A stretch of DNA of 59,741 nucleotides from an uncultured Pirellulales bacterium (GTDB taxonomy: Bacteria > Planctomycetota > Phycisphaerae > Sedimentisphaerales > Anaerobacaceae), in contig CAYVIT010000002.1 of assembly GCA_964451425.1 (NCBI GenBank), positions 25,750 to 85,490 of the forward strand, read 5' to 3'. Below, piece by piece: positions 9,143-17,212 of this stretch (the first letter of the stretch is position 1; every line of letters starts with the position of its first letter). Both the position numbers and the translations under genes were made by a program. The notes under the pieces are model-generated. The model made no database searches. It saw only the letters and a program-made list of their open reading frames with translations, and had not been told where the DNA came from.

Positions 9143-9490
9143 GGGTCAAGTCATTTGTTTTTTGGCCTGTGGGTAGTGTAGGTATGTGCGGCTGGTTATC
9201 CTTGTAGCTGTGCTCAAATACGGGATTTGAAAAAGCGCTTAGGCCAGCTTGCGGACTGCTTCAGCGACCAATTTAGCTATCGGCAAATGCTGCGGGCAGC
9301 GTGTTTCTGCGTGCGTGTAATCGATGCGCAGCAGTTTATTTCTTATGCCGGACGGAAGTTTAGCGAAAAGGTTCCTTGCTCTATTCCTGTCGCCGTAACT
9401 GTTGTAGTACATCAAGTAGCGCATAATGTCGCTGATGAAAGGTGTGTCCGGCAGGGCGGAGTCGCAGATGTATGCGCAGCCGGCGCAATA
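9143..9490. repeat. segmental duplication, copy B (3' end of AKR paralog 4 plus downstream non-coding sequence)
   Basis: See copy A. The identity breaks down abruptly after about 9490. Confidence 0.85.
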
Positions 9491-10513
9491 AGTGCTGCAG
9501 GTTGCGCGGGCGTATTCATTTAGGGCATCTCTATCTGCCTGCGTAAGTTTGGTTTTGTTCAGAACGGCATCGATGTTTGTAGTTAAAAGAGAAATGTTCT
9601 GCATTCCGACGCAGACGGCGCTGAACCGTTTGTCCTGCAGGATAACTTTTATCTTTGCCTGTTCCTGGGTGAAGCCTCGCTTCTGGAAGTGGTCGAGGAG
9701 CTTCTTGTCCTGTTCGGTCTCTACCGGCTGGATACGTCTGACTCCGCGAGAGAAGGCTTTCATCGCAGTAAGACCAATGCCGGCTTTATGACAGGCCTCA
9801 ATAGCAGCCTGCATATCATCATTCTGCATAACCCGGAAATTGTAAAGTGTTGTTATTGCATCAATCCAGTCGAGTTTGGCGGCAGCGGCGAGGCATTTGG
9901 CCATATTTTTGTGGGTGCTGAAACCAAAAAAACGTATCAGTTTGCGTTTCTTCGCACTTTTGGCCCACTGCTTTAATTCGTCTGTGAGTTGTGCGGGGTC
10001 AGACAGGCCGTGACAGGCATAGTATAAATCGATGTAATCGGTATTCATTCTTTTCAGAGAGGTCTGAAGACGTTCTTCGACCTTCTCGGCGGTTATCGGC
10101 CCCCAAAAAATTGCCGTCTTGCTTACGATGAATAATTGTTTTCGCGCCTTCGGATTCTTCGTGATGAATTTGCCTATGCCAAGCTCTGCGTTTCCGCCTC
10201 CATAGTTGTGAGCGGTGTCCCAACAGGTTACGCCGGACTCGAAGGCTTTTCTTAAAACGATTTGCTTATCAGTAAAACTAAAGTCCCCGCCCAAAGACAG
10301 GCACGAAACCTCAACGCCTGTTTTGCCGAGCTTTCGCCTTGGTATCTGTGGAGGTTTAGGTTTTTTTGCTTGTTCGGGAGCATTAGGGTCAATGGTCTTC
10401 AGGTCGTCCTGGCCGGTTATCGCTTCATCCGAAGCAAAAACGGAGCCTAATCCTGCTGCTCCAATAGTCTTCAGGAAATTTCTTCTGTTGATTTTATTTA
10501 GATTTTCTTTCAT
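9239..10513 (-). CDS. Tat-signal aldo/keto reductase with C-terminal Cys-rich extension, paralog 4 of 4
   Basis: Twin-arginine motif NRRNFLKT, AKR motifs (WDTAHNYGGGNAELGIG, STHKN), and the tail CSTYCAGCAYIC ... RCPQHLP. The ATG at 10513 with GGAG upstream lies 20 nt after the polyferredoxin stop. Confidence 0.8.
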   Translation of the reverse strand: MKENLNKINRRNFLKTIGAAGLGSVFASDEAITGQDDLKTIDPNAPEQAKKPKPPQIPRRKLGKTGVEVSCLSLGGDFSFTDKQIVLRKAFESGVTCWDTAHNYGGGNAELGIGKFITKNPKARKQLFIVSKTAIFWGPITAEKVEERLQTSLKRMNTDYIDLYYACHGLSDPAQLTDELKQWAKSAKKRKLIRFFGFSTHKNMAKCLAAAAKLDWIDAITTLYNFRVMQNDDMQAAIEACHKAGIGLTAMKAFSRGVRRIQPVETEQDKKLLDHFQKRGFTQEQAKIKVILQDKRFSAVCVGMQNISLLTTNIDAVLNKTKLTQADRDALNEYARATCSTYCAGCAYICDSALPDTPFISDIMRYLMYYNSYGDRNRARNLFAKLPSGIRNKLLRIDYTHAETRCPQHLPIAKLVAEAVRKLA

Positions 10514-10533
10514 CACATTCAACTCCAAAAAGA

Positions 10534-12273
10534 TTAATTCTTGAGTAACAACTTTCTGTCCATACTTCTTGTCTCGCCTTCGGCGGAGACTCTAACGGCT
10601 TTTTTGCCGCTTACGGGGCATTCGTGTTCGCAGACGCCGCAGCCGATACATTTTTCGATATCCACATAGGGCCTCTGGAGTCGAACTTGGATTTCAATTT
10701 TACCGCCGGCAGGCGGGATTTTTTCGAATCGCTCGTCAGGTGAGATTACGACAGTGTTTTCGGTGTTTGCCGTGATTTTCCTGCGATCACTGCCTCGGAC
10801 AACACAATAATAGTCGCCGGTGGCGAATTTGTCAGGGACGATGGACGTTTCGATTTCTATAGTGTTATCGGTGATTTGTTTTACCGTTAAAATACCATCT
10901 CTTATTGTATTGAAACACTCTTCGGTGTAAATTGCCTTGGGACTTAGGGGGCAGTTTTCCTCGCAGACTATACAGGGCTTGTCCATCGCCCAGGGCAGAC
11001 ACCTGTTTCGGTCAAAGAAGGCGGTGCCGAGCTTGATTGGCCCGGTCTCGGCAAATTCATCCAGTCCGTGTTTTTCGGCGAGGGTAATCGGCCTGATGGC
11101 TGAGGTAGGGCAGACTTGGCCGCATGCAACGCAGTTCAACTGGCAGCCGCTTGAGCCGATGCGGTTGTTGAGGACAGGGGTCCAGAGATTCTCCAGGCCT
11201 CCTTCGATGCCGCCCGGCTGGAGAACGTTTGTAGGGCAGACACGCATGCACTGGCCGCACTTTATGCATCTTTTTAAGAATTCCTTTTCCGCCAGTGCAC
11301 CGGGGGGACGAATGACTTTGTGATACCAGTTGTCGCCCAGTTTGTTACCGAGCCTGACAGCCGGTACTGCAACAATGCCGCCGGCAAGTGAAAGCACAAA
11401 ACCTCTGCGAGAGATGTCCGGGTTGGTGATTTCACCTGCCGGCGAGGGTGTGGTTTGATAGCTAATCAGTTCGTCTTTGCAGTCCTGGCGACAGTTGAAG
11501 CAAAGCACGCATTCACTAATCCTTATGTTGCCGCTGGGTTCGCAGCCGCCTTCGCAGGAGCGCTCGCATAATTTGCAGTTTGAACATTCAGCCTGGTTTT
11601 TGCCGATTCGCAGGATAGCAAACCTTCCGAGGATGCCGAACAATGCGCCGAGGGGACAAATAAATCTACAGTAGAAGCGGGGGATGACAAGGTTGAGGAG
11701 GACCGCTGTGAAGAAAATAAGGAGTATCAACCAACCCGCCTCATAAAAGCGAGGTGTTGCTGAGACAAAGTTAACGCTTCTATCGGCAATGGACAGTAAT
11801 GACTGAAAAGAACGGGTTACCAGCGGTATGGGGTCGAGCAGACTTGTTTGTAAGGTGGATCCGATCGATGGAAAGGCGGCCATAAACAGAAAGAATATGA
11901 GAATGATATATTTTATACACTGGGCCTTTCGGTATTTGTTGAGCTGTATTCTTTTAGCGAGCTTTGTTTTTCGATGGGCCAAATATCCGACGAAGTGATG
12001 CAGTGAGCCGAATGGACAGACCCAACTGCAAAAGAACCGGCCCAATATTATGGTCAATATAACAGTTACGAGGGCCCAGAGGAGGGGCCAGTAAAGTGTA
12101 TGTGTAGTCAATATTGTCCCGATTGCCACCAGGGGGTCGAGCTGCAGGAACCAGTTAACGGGCCAGGAGCGGAGCTGCCAGAATTTTTCTCCTACTGTGG
12201 CGACTATACAGAACCAGACAAACAACGAGAAAAAGAAGGTCTGACTTATGCGTCTGACTGTTACAATTTTCAT
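10534..12273 (-). CDS. integral-membrane polyferredoxin, NapH/NosR-like
   Basis: The N-terminal half has about six TM segments carrying two CX3CP motifs (CSWVCP, CRFICP). It is followed by several ferredoxin-type motifs (CSNCKLCERSC, CIKCGQCMRVCP, CVACGQVCP, CIVCEENCP, CIGCGVCEHECP). I chose the ATG at 12273; a GTG at 12279 is also possible. Confidence 0.75.
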   Translation of the reverse strand: MKIVTVRRISQTFFFSLFVWFCIVATVGEKFWQLRSWPVNWFLQLDPLVAIGTILTTHTLYWPLLWALVTVILTIILGRFFCSWVCPFGSLHHFVGYLAHRKTKLAKRIQLNKYRKAQCIKYIILIFFLFMAAFPSIGSTLQTSLLDPIPLVTRSFQSLLSIADRSVNFVSATPRFYEAGWLILLIFFTAVLLNLVIPRFYCRFICPLGALFGILGRFAILRIGKNQAECSNCKLCERSCEGGCEPSGNIRISECVLCFNCRQDCKDELISYQTTPSPAGEITNPDISRRGFVLSLAGGIVAVPAVRLGNKLGDNWYHKVIRPPGALAEKEFLKRCIKCGQCMRVCPTNVLQPGGIEGGLENLWTPVLNNRIGSSGCQLNCVACGQVCPTSAIRPITLAEKHGLDEFAETGPIKLGTAFFDRNRCLPWAMDKPCIVCEENCPLSPKAIYTEECFNTIRDGILTVKQITDNTIEIETSIVPDKFATGDYYCVVRGSDRRKITANTENTVVISPDERFEKIPPAGGKIEIQVRLQRPYVDIEKCIGCGVCEHECPVSGKKAVRVSAEGETRSMDRKLLLKN

Positions 12274-12319
12274 AATCACACTTTCAAAGCTGTGAAGGTT
12301 TTCGATCTATTGTGATAAG

Positions 12320-13732
12320 TTAATTTCCAATCATTATTTTTCCAAGATGGTACCAGCCGTCATCCTGCTTTCCGGATATAGCAAGTTGGACTTTAGGCTT
12401 ATTGGACTGCGGCTCAAGGATGCCGATTTGCAGGTCGTATTGGCCCGTAGGCATATCAGATGGAACCAGAACAGAGTCATCATAGAGGTTATCACCCGGC
12501 AGCCAGGTTGTGATATCGGCGTTGGTTACCAAGATTTCAGTTTTTTTGTCGTTTTTCAGGCGAAGAGCGAGAGGGAATTTTTTGTAACACGGTGCAACGC
12601 CCTTATTGTCCCACCAGGAAGTGAAAGACAGCTTACTGTTTGGATTCAGTGCTGCCGGGTATGTAAACTTGCGAAGCACAAGTCTGTACCCCATTTTCCC
12701 GAGCCACCTGTTGACGGCAGGCCACCATTCTTTCGGGACCGGTGAGGACTTGGCGTTGAAGGAAGAGATGTGCCATTTGAGGGACTCGTCAATAATATAG
12801 TCCACGTCCCAGCCCATATCCTTCCAGTGCTGCATTACCCAGCATACCTCAAGTGTCACGGGGGCTTTTTTCCAGGCATCTTTAACACCGAAATTGATTA
12901 TTGCCTGCGGATAGTAATCGTTCATGTGCGACCAGTTGGCACTGAATCCTCCCATATCTCCGAGACAATCGACCCTCCAGCCGACGTCCGCACTTGAAAG
13001 GGCGCATCTGTTTGTTTTCTTATCGGTAAGGAGCATGACGAGATGTGTTTTCTTAAAGGAGTCGATATAGGCGTCGACCAGTGCCTGTCTCGTTTTATCT
13101 GTCAATAGAGCAGAGCCTGCCCCTTCGCCCCAGGCACCGACAATAGAAACGTCGACGCTTTCAAGGTCTGGGTGGCCGTCATAGTGTTTGCCCAGGATTT
13201 TTACCATCTTTGTGAAGTGCATAACATAGCGTGGGTCTTCCGGGTCAACCTGCCATTTTTTCACCGGTAAATCTTTTCTCTCGCCGACCATTGCACGGTA
13301 CCAGTCGGGGACATCATTTTCCGTTCCCGTGCCGTATGGGGCGATGCGCAACATAAGGGTCTGCTGTCTCTGGTGAGCTGTTTCGAGGGCTTTATCTATC
13401 AGGTCCCAGCGATATTTGCCCATATTCGGTTCGATGAACTTCCAGTAAATTCGGAAGTACGCTATGGTTGTCATCGGATAATCTTTGTTTTCCAGATTGC
13501 CATCGAATTCCTGGTAAACAATGGGCTTGCCCTCGGTCCAGCGTTTTGCTTGATTTAGGGTGTCTCCGTTGAATCTCTGAAAGGTCATAAAGCCGATTCC
13601 GGGATTGGTGAGGATGTCGTCGATTTCCGTTGGCCGAACGGTAACTGTTTCCTGCGCAAAGACCGAAGTAAAGGACAGGCCTATTAGTATGATTGTGACT
13701 GAGAAGACTATGATTAAACGTGAAATATGCAC
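12320..13732 (-). CDS. secreted TIM-barrel glycoside-hydrolase-like protein (DUF4874/DUF4832-like)
   Basis: Sec signal peptide ending VFAQ. Motifs NPGIGF, WKFIEP..GKY.W and GAWGEG resemble clan GH-A barrels. GTG start with AAGGAG 8 nt upstream. The family name is from memory. Confidence 0.5.
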   Translation of the reverse strand: MHISRLIIVFSVTIILIGLSFTSVFAQETVTVRPTEIDDILTNPGIGFMTFQRFNGDTLNQAKRWTEGKPIVYQEFDGNLENKDYPMTTIAYFRIYWKFIEPNMGKYRWDLIDKALETAHQRQQTLMLRIAPYGTGTENDVPDWYRAMVGERKDLPVKKWQVDPEDPRYVMHFTKMVKILGKHYDGHPDLESVDVSIVGAWGEGAGSALLTDKTRQALVDAYIDSFKKTHLVMLLTDKKTNRCALSSADVGWRVDCLGDMGGFSANWSHMNDYYPQAIINFGVKDAWKKAPVTLEVCWVMQHWKDMGWDVDYIIDESLKWHISSFNAKSSPVPKEWWPAVNRWLGKMGYRLVLRKFTYPAALNPNSKLSFTSWWDNKGVAPCYKKFPLALRLKNDKKTEILVTNADITTWLPGDNLYDDSVLVPSDMPTGQYDLQIGILEPQSNKPKVQLAISGKQDDGWYHLGKIMIGN

Positions 13733-13808
13733 GACAAGTTCTCCTTCGGTTTTATTTGAATCTGAAATTCTTATTCGTTATATATAATTGTTGTTTCATA
13801 GGCAAGTT

Positions 13809-14804
13809 TTACACTGTTCCCATTATCGGCTTGAGTGACTCTAAGTCGGTTGTTCCTGCGCCGGCGGTTTGGGCTTTTGCAAGGTAGGGCAGGTCCGCGG
13901 GTTTCAAGTCCAGGAGAGTGCAGCCATAGGAATCCGCAGCTACCATGTCGCAGCTTGCAATGACTGTGTTTGCCCGTTTCAAATCCGACACGGAGCCGCC
14001 GGTCGGGCCGTTGGTCATCATAACTTCGGTACCATCGAGTATGACCAGTGTCGGTTTTACCATCATGGCCAGCTCGGCGATGATGGTGTTGATATCCTGG
14101 TGAAAGATGTTGCGGCGTCCGCCCAACAGGCCATAGAAGTTTTTCATTGTCATTGAGGCGCCGGCCCTTGCGTGGTGTTTGACGGGTGTGATTCCAATCA
14201 GTTTATCGACCTTGGCAAACGGGCCAAAGAAGATAGGCCAATTCTTAATGAGTTTGCCGCCCTCAAGAGTAGTGTGCCTGAAATGATATTCTCGTGGCAA
14301 TATGACCTTGGCACCGGCCTGGCTTGCCGCTTTGCCAACGCCGCTCAACATGAAGCAGCTCGCGGGGTCGTTAATCGGATTGTCGGTAACGATGACCTGT
14401 GCGGCTCCAGCTTTGAGACAGAGCGTTACGACCTGGGCTACGAGTTCGGGCTGGGCAGTGGCGCCGAGCATTGGCGGTGAAGCAAATGCAACATTCGGCT
14501 TTATCGCGACCGTTTCGCCTTCCTTGACGAATCTTTCTATGCCGCCGAGCAGCTCTATCGCTTTGGTAACGGTTTGTTTTCTGTCCGGGCCTTCGACTAT
14601 GCTTATTGTGTCACCGGCTTCGTGGGGAACTGAAAAGTCGGCTAAAGTAACAAGGTCTTTGCTTTTTGCACTGAGTCTCGATGGGCCTTTTCTGTCATAA
14701 AGTAGATAGGAAACTGTACCCGCGGCGGCGATTGAAAGTCCCGCTTTGCCGGCGCGGGTAAGGAGCCGCCTTCTGTTAAAGTATTTGTCGTTTGGATTAG
14801 TCAT
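13809..14804 (-). CDS. Tat-signal DUF362-family protein
   Basis: Twin-arginine motif NRRRLLTRAG. The motifs VAIKPNV and ILDGTEVMMTNGPTGG are typical of DUF362 as I recall it. Its start overlaps the upstream stop by 8 nt (ATGACTAA). Confidence 0.6.
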   Translation of the reverse strand: MTNPNDKYFNRRRLLTRAGKAGLSIAAAGTVSYLLYDRKGPSRLSAKSKDLVTLADFSVPHEAGDTISIVEGPDRKQTVTKAIELLGGIERFVKEGETVAIKPNVAFASPPMLGATAQPELVAQVVTLCLKAGAAQVIVTDNPINDPASCFMLSGVGKAASQAGAKVILPREYHFRHTTLEGGKLIKNWPIFFGPFAKVDKLIGITPVKHHARAGASMTMKNFYGLLGGRRNIFHQDINTIIAELAMMVKPTLVILDGTEVMMTNGPTGGSVSDLKRANTVIASCDMVAADSYGCTLLDLKPADLPYLAKAQTAGAGTTDLESLKPIMGTV

Positions 14805-15798
14805 TGCTCATTGCCTTTGCCTGGCTGAGTTTGTTAATGAGTATTGTTGCTAATTTTTCCGCGTACTGTTGATTCTCTGCCTCGTGAATGCCGACAACAA
14901 ATGGCCCTGTTGCAAAGACAATTTCAGTTGTGTCATAGAAGTCGACAACTTTTCCTTCCAGGGCTTTAGTGATTGCCGGCTTTGCCACGCCGCCGTTTTC
15001 TATTAAAAACTTATGATAGCTTTTAGCTACAAGCCGGGCATCCTGTGGGTCCGGACGTCTGCTGAGGAATGCGGTAATGGTCTCGTCACCGAATTTGTAT
15101 TGTGCGGTAAAAATGTCAGTGAATCCTTCAAAGCCAAATGCACTTGCCAGATATAATTTGTGGCTGCCGGCGGCGAGGTTCTCATGTGGGAAATAACTTA
15201 ACTCAGGGATTTCGGTATCAGCATCAGGCGGTAAATTCGCCTGAATCTTTTGAGCGGTTTCTATCATTGCTTTGAATAACTCGTCCGATTTCGAGGAGGC
15301 GATAAATTCGACATAGTATTTGCCGTGGACAAAATACGGAGCATTGGTAGTTCTATAGCCAAACTGCATATCCGGCAGCATCTCGACATCGGGCCTTTTT
15401 TGTACGCTATAAACGGAAAAAGCGTTTTTGATGTTGGCCATATCAAAGATGAAGAGTTCCATCCATAGATTCTCATCGCTCTTGCTTAAGAATCGGGCGC
15501 TTGAGAGTTTTACGAAGCCGGATTCGATGTAAAGAGGGGCTTTTCCGTTAATTTTTTCATAAAGATTGTCAGCAAGATAGGTTTCTTCAGAAAGTGTTTC
15601 AAAACCGGCAGGGACGAGGGAGGTTAGAGATATTTTTTCCGTCCCCGGGCCTGAGAGGACTGTGCCCACACCAAACCGGGTCATATCGTAGTCGGATTGT
15701 GTTATCAATATGGTAATTGCGATGAGTATGAGAACCACCAGTAAGGAGAGGCCCACAATAGATTCGAGTTTTTTGGGTTTGCCTTTAATCGAATCCAT
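14797..15798 (-). CDS. N-terminally membrane-anchored protein of unknown function, first gene of the cluster
   Basis: A single TM segment (IVGLSLLVVLILIAITILI) is followed by a soluble domain. The ATG at 15798 is preceded by GGAG at 6-nt spacing; the track uses a TTG at 15819. Confidence 0.55.
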   Translation of the reverse strand: MDSIKGKPKKLESIVGLSLLVVLILIAITILITQSDYDMTRFGVGTVLSGPGTEKISLTSLVPAGFETLSEETYLADNLYEKINGKAPLYIESGFVKLSSARFLSKSDENLWMELFIFDMANIKNAFSVYSVQKRPDVEMLPDMQFGYRTTNAPYFVHGKYYVEFIASSKSDELFKAMIETAQKIQANLPPDADTEIPELSYFPHENLAAGSHKLYLASAFGFEGFTDIFTAQYKFGDETITAFLSRRPDPQDARLVAKSYHKFLIENGGVAKPAITKALEGKVVDFYDTTEIVFATGPFVVGIHEAENQQYAEKLATILINKLSQAKAMSND

Positions 15799-15824
15799 AG
15801 CTAACTCCAATAATGGCAATTTAC

Positions 15825-15885
15825 CTGTTAGAAGTCCTTCATTGGAAAATTTCTAACAGCGATTGCTTGACCCTAAGGTTCAAGC
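15825..15885 (-). promoter_or_regulatory. structured leader or operator region of the cluster
   Basis: There is a near-perfect palindrome GCTTGA-N9-TCAAGC at 15865-15885, at the predicted transcription start. A perfect 9-bp inverted repeat CTGTTAGAA/TTCTAACAG lies at 15825-15833 and 15851-15859. Confidence 0.45.
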
Positions 15886-15887
15886 GG

Positions 15888-15916
15888 ATTATAGTTTCAG
15901 TCTGAATTTTTGTCAA
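15888..15916 (-). promoter_or_regulatory. sigma-70 type promoter, perfect consensus
   Basis: The minus strand reads TTGACA - 17 nt - TATAAT. Confidence 0.6.
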
Positions 15917-15942
15917 TATTGGATTTTTCAGGTTAAGAGCAG

Positions 15943-16701
15943 ATGCGAACTATAAGAATAGCTATGGCCCAGATATTTTGCCTCGATGGTGACCGCAGCG
16001 GTAATTTTGTCCGAATTGAAAATGCGATTCGGGAGGCCAAAGCCGGTGATGCTGATATTATTTGCTTTCCTGAGACGGTGATACTCGGTTGGGTAAACTC
16101 TGATGCACACAAGAGGGCATTTCCAATTCCTGGTGAAGATTCTGAACGTCTTTGTGAGTTAGCTAAAAAATATGAAATCTTTCTCTGCGTCGGTCTTGCG
16201 GAAAAAGACGGAATGAAGCTGTATGATTCGGCTTTGTTAATTGACGAGAAGGGGCGTATTGTTCTTAAACACCATAAAATAGACATATTGACGGATTTGA
16301 TGACACCACACTACACGCCGGGCAAAGAGGTCAATGTGGTGGATACTGAATTCGGGAAAATCGGGGTGCTAATCTGTGCGGATACACATTCAGATGAAAT
16401 TCTGGAGCGAATGACCGAGCTGAAGCCGGATTTTCTGCTGGTTCCATACGGATATGCAGAGAGGGAAAAAAACTGGCCGGAACATGGCAGGAAACTTGAG
16501 AAGGTTGTCGTTAAAGCGGCGAAGATAACAGGAGCGTTTGTTGTCGGAACCAATGTTGTCGGAGAAATAACCAAAGGACCCTGGAAAGGTCGGATATTCG
16601 GCGGACACAGCGTTGCGGCCGATAAAAACGGTAAAATACTTACAATTGGCACAGACCGAGACCGTGAGATAAAGATTGTTTCTGTAAGGACAAAAAGATA
16701 A
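15943..16701 (+). CDS. carbon-nitrogen hydrolase (nitrilase superfamily)
   Basis: The Glu-Lys-Cys triad contexts are present: ICFPET, LKHHKI, GVLICAD. The 252-aa size fits. Confidence 0.8.
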   Translation: MRTIRIAMAQIFCLDGDRSGNFVRIENAIREAKAGDADIICFPETVILGWVNSDAHKRAFPIPGEDSERLCELAKKYEIFLCVGLAEKDGMKLYDSALLIDEKGRIVLKHHKIDILTDLMTPHYTPGKEVNVVDTEFGKIGVLICADTHSDEILERMTELKPDFLLVPYGYAEREKNWPEHGRKLEKVVVKAAKITGAFVVGTNVVGEITKGPWKGRIFGGHSVAADKNGKILTIGTDRDREIKIVSVRTKR

Positions 16702-16819
16702 TCGCTTAAAGGTTAATTTTACGGTGTAAAGACAGTTTTTTCTGAGTCGTGCCGGTCGGCTCTATCAGAGTTGCTCAGGGCAAAGAAAATACTGTAAAAA
16801 AATAAGATTTCTAATGGGA

Positions 16820-16849
16820 TTGACAAAATAGTCCAGATGGTGCTATAAT
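16820..16849 (+). promoter_or_regulatory. sigma-70 type promoter with extended -10 upstream of tatA
   Basis: TTGACA - 18 nt - TATAAT, with TGc immediately before the -10 (TGcTATAAT). Confidence 0.5.
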
Positions 16850-16878
16850 ATAATTTTTGATAATAATAGGAGACTAAT

Positions 16879-17154
16879 ATGACTGGATATATACATTATC
16901 TGGCTTTTTGGACGCCGGGTCCGCTTGAACTTGCAGTTATTGCTATTGTCGCTCTGTTGTTGTTCGGCAGGCGGCTGCCGGAAATCGCCCGCAATGTCGG
17001 CAAGAGTATGACCGAATTCAAAAAGGGCATTAACGAAGCCAAGGAAACCAAAGACGAAATCGTAAGTGACGTCCGGAAGGTCAGTAACGACATAGTGGAT
17101 GAAGCCAAGGACGCCGCCGGGCTGAACGAAGACGATACGATGGGTGCAGATTGA
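16879..17154 (+). CDS. tatA: twin-arginine translocase subunit TatA/E
   Basis: TM helix followed by LLFG..LPE..R..G....FK and an amphipathic, acidic tail. AGGAG lies upstream of the ATG. Confidence 0.9.
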   Translation: MTGYIHYLAFWTPGPLELAVIAIVALLLFGRRLPEIARNVGKSMTEFKKGINEAKETKDEIVSDVRKVSNDIVDEAKDAAGLNEDDTMGAD

Positions 17155-17212
17155 TTATTGGTAATTGATAATCCATACAGCCATTTATCAATAATCAGTG
17201 ATCAATTTTGAT

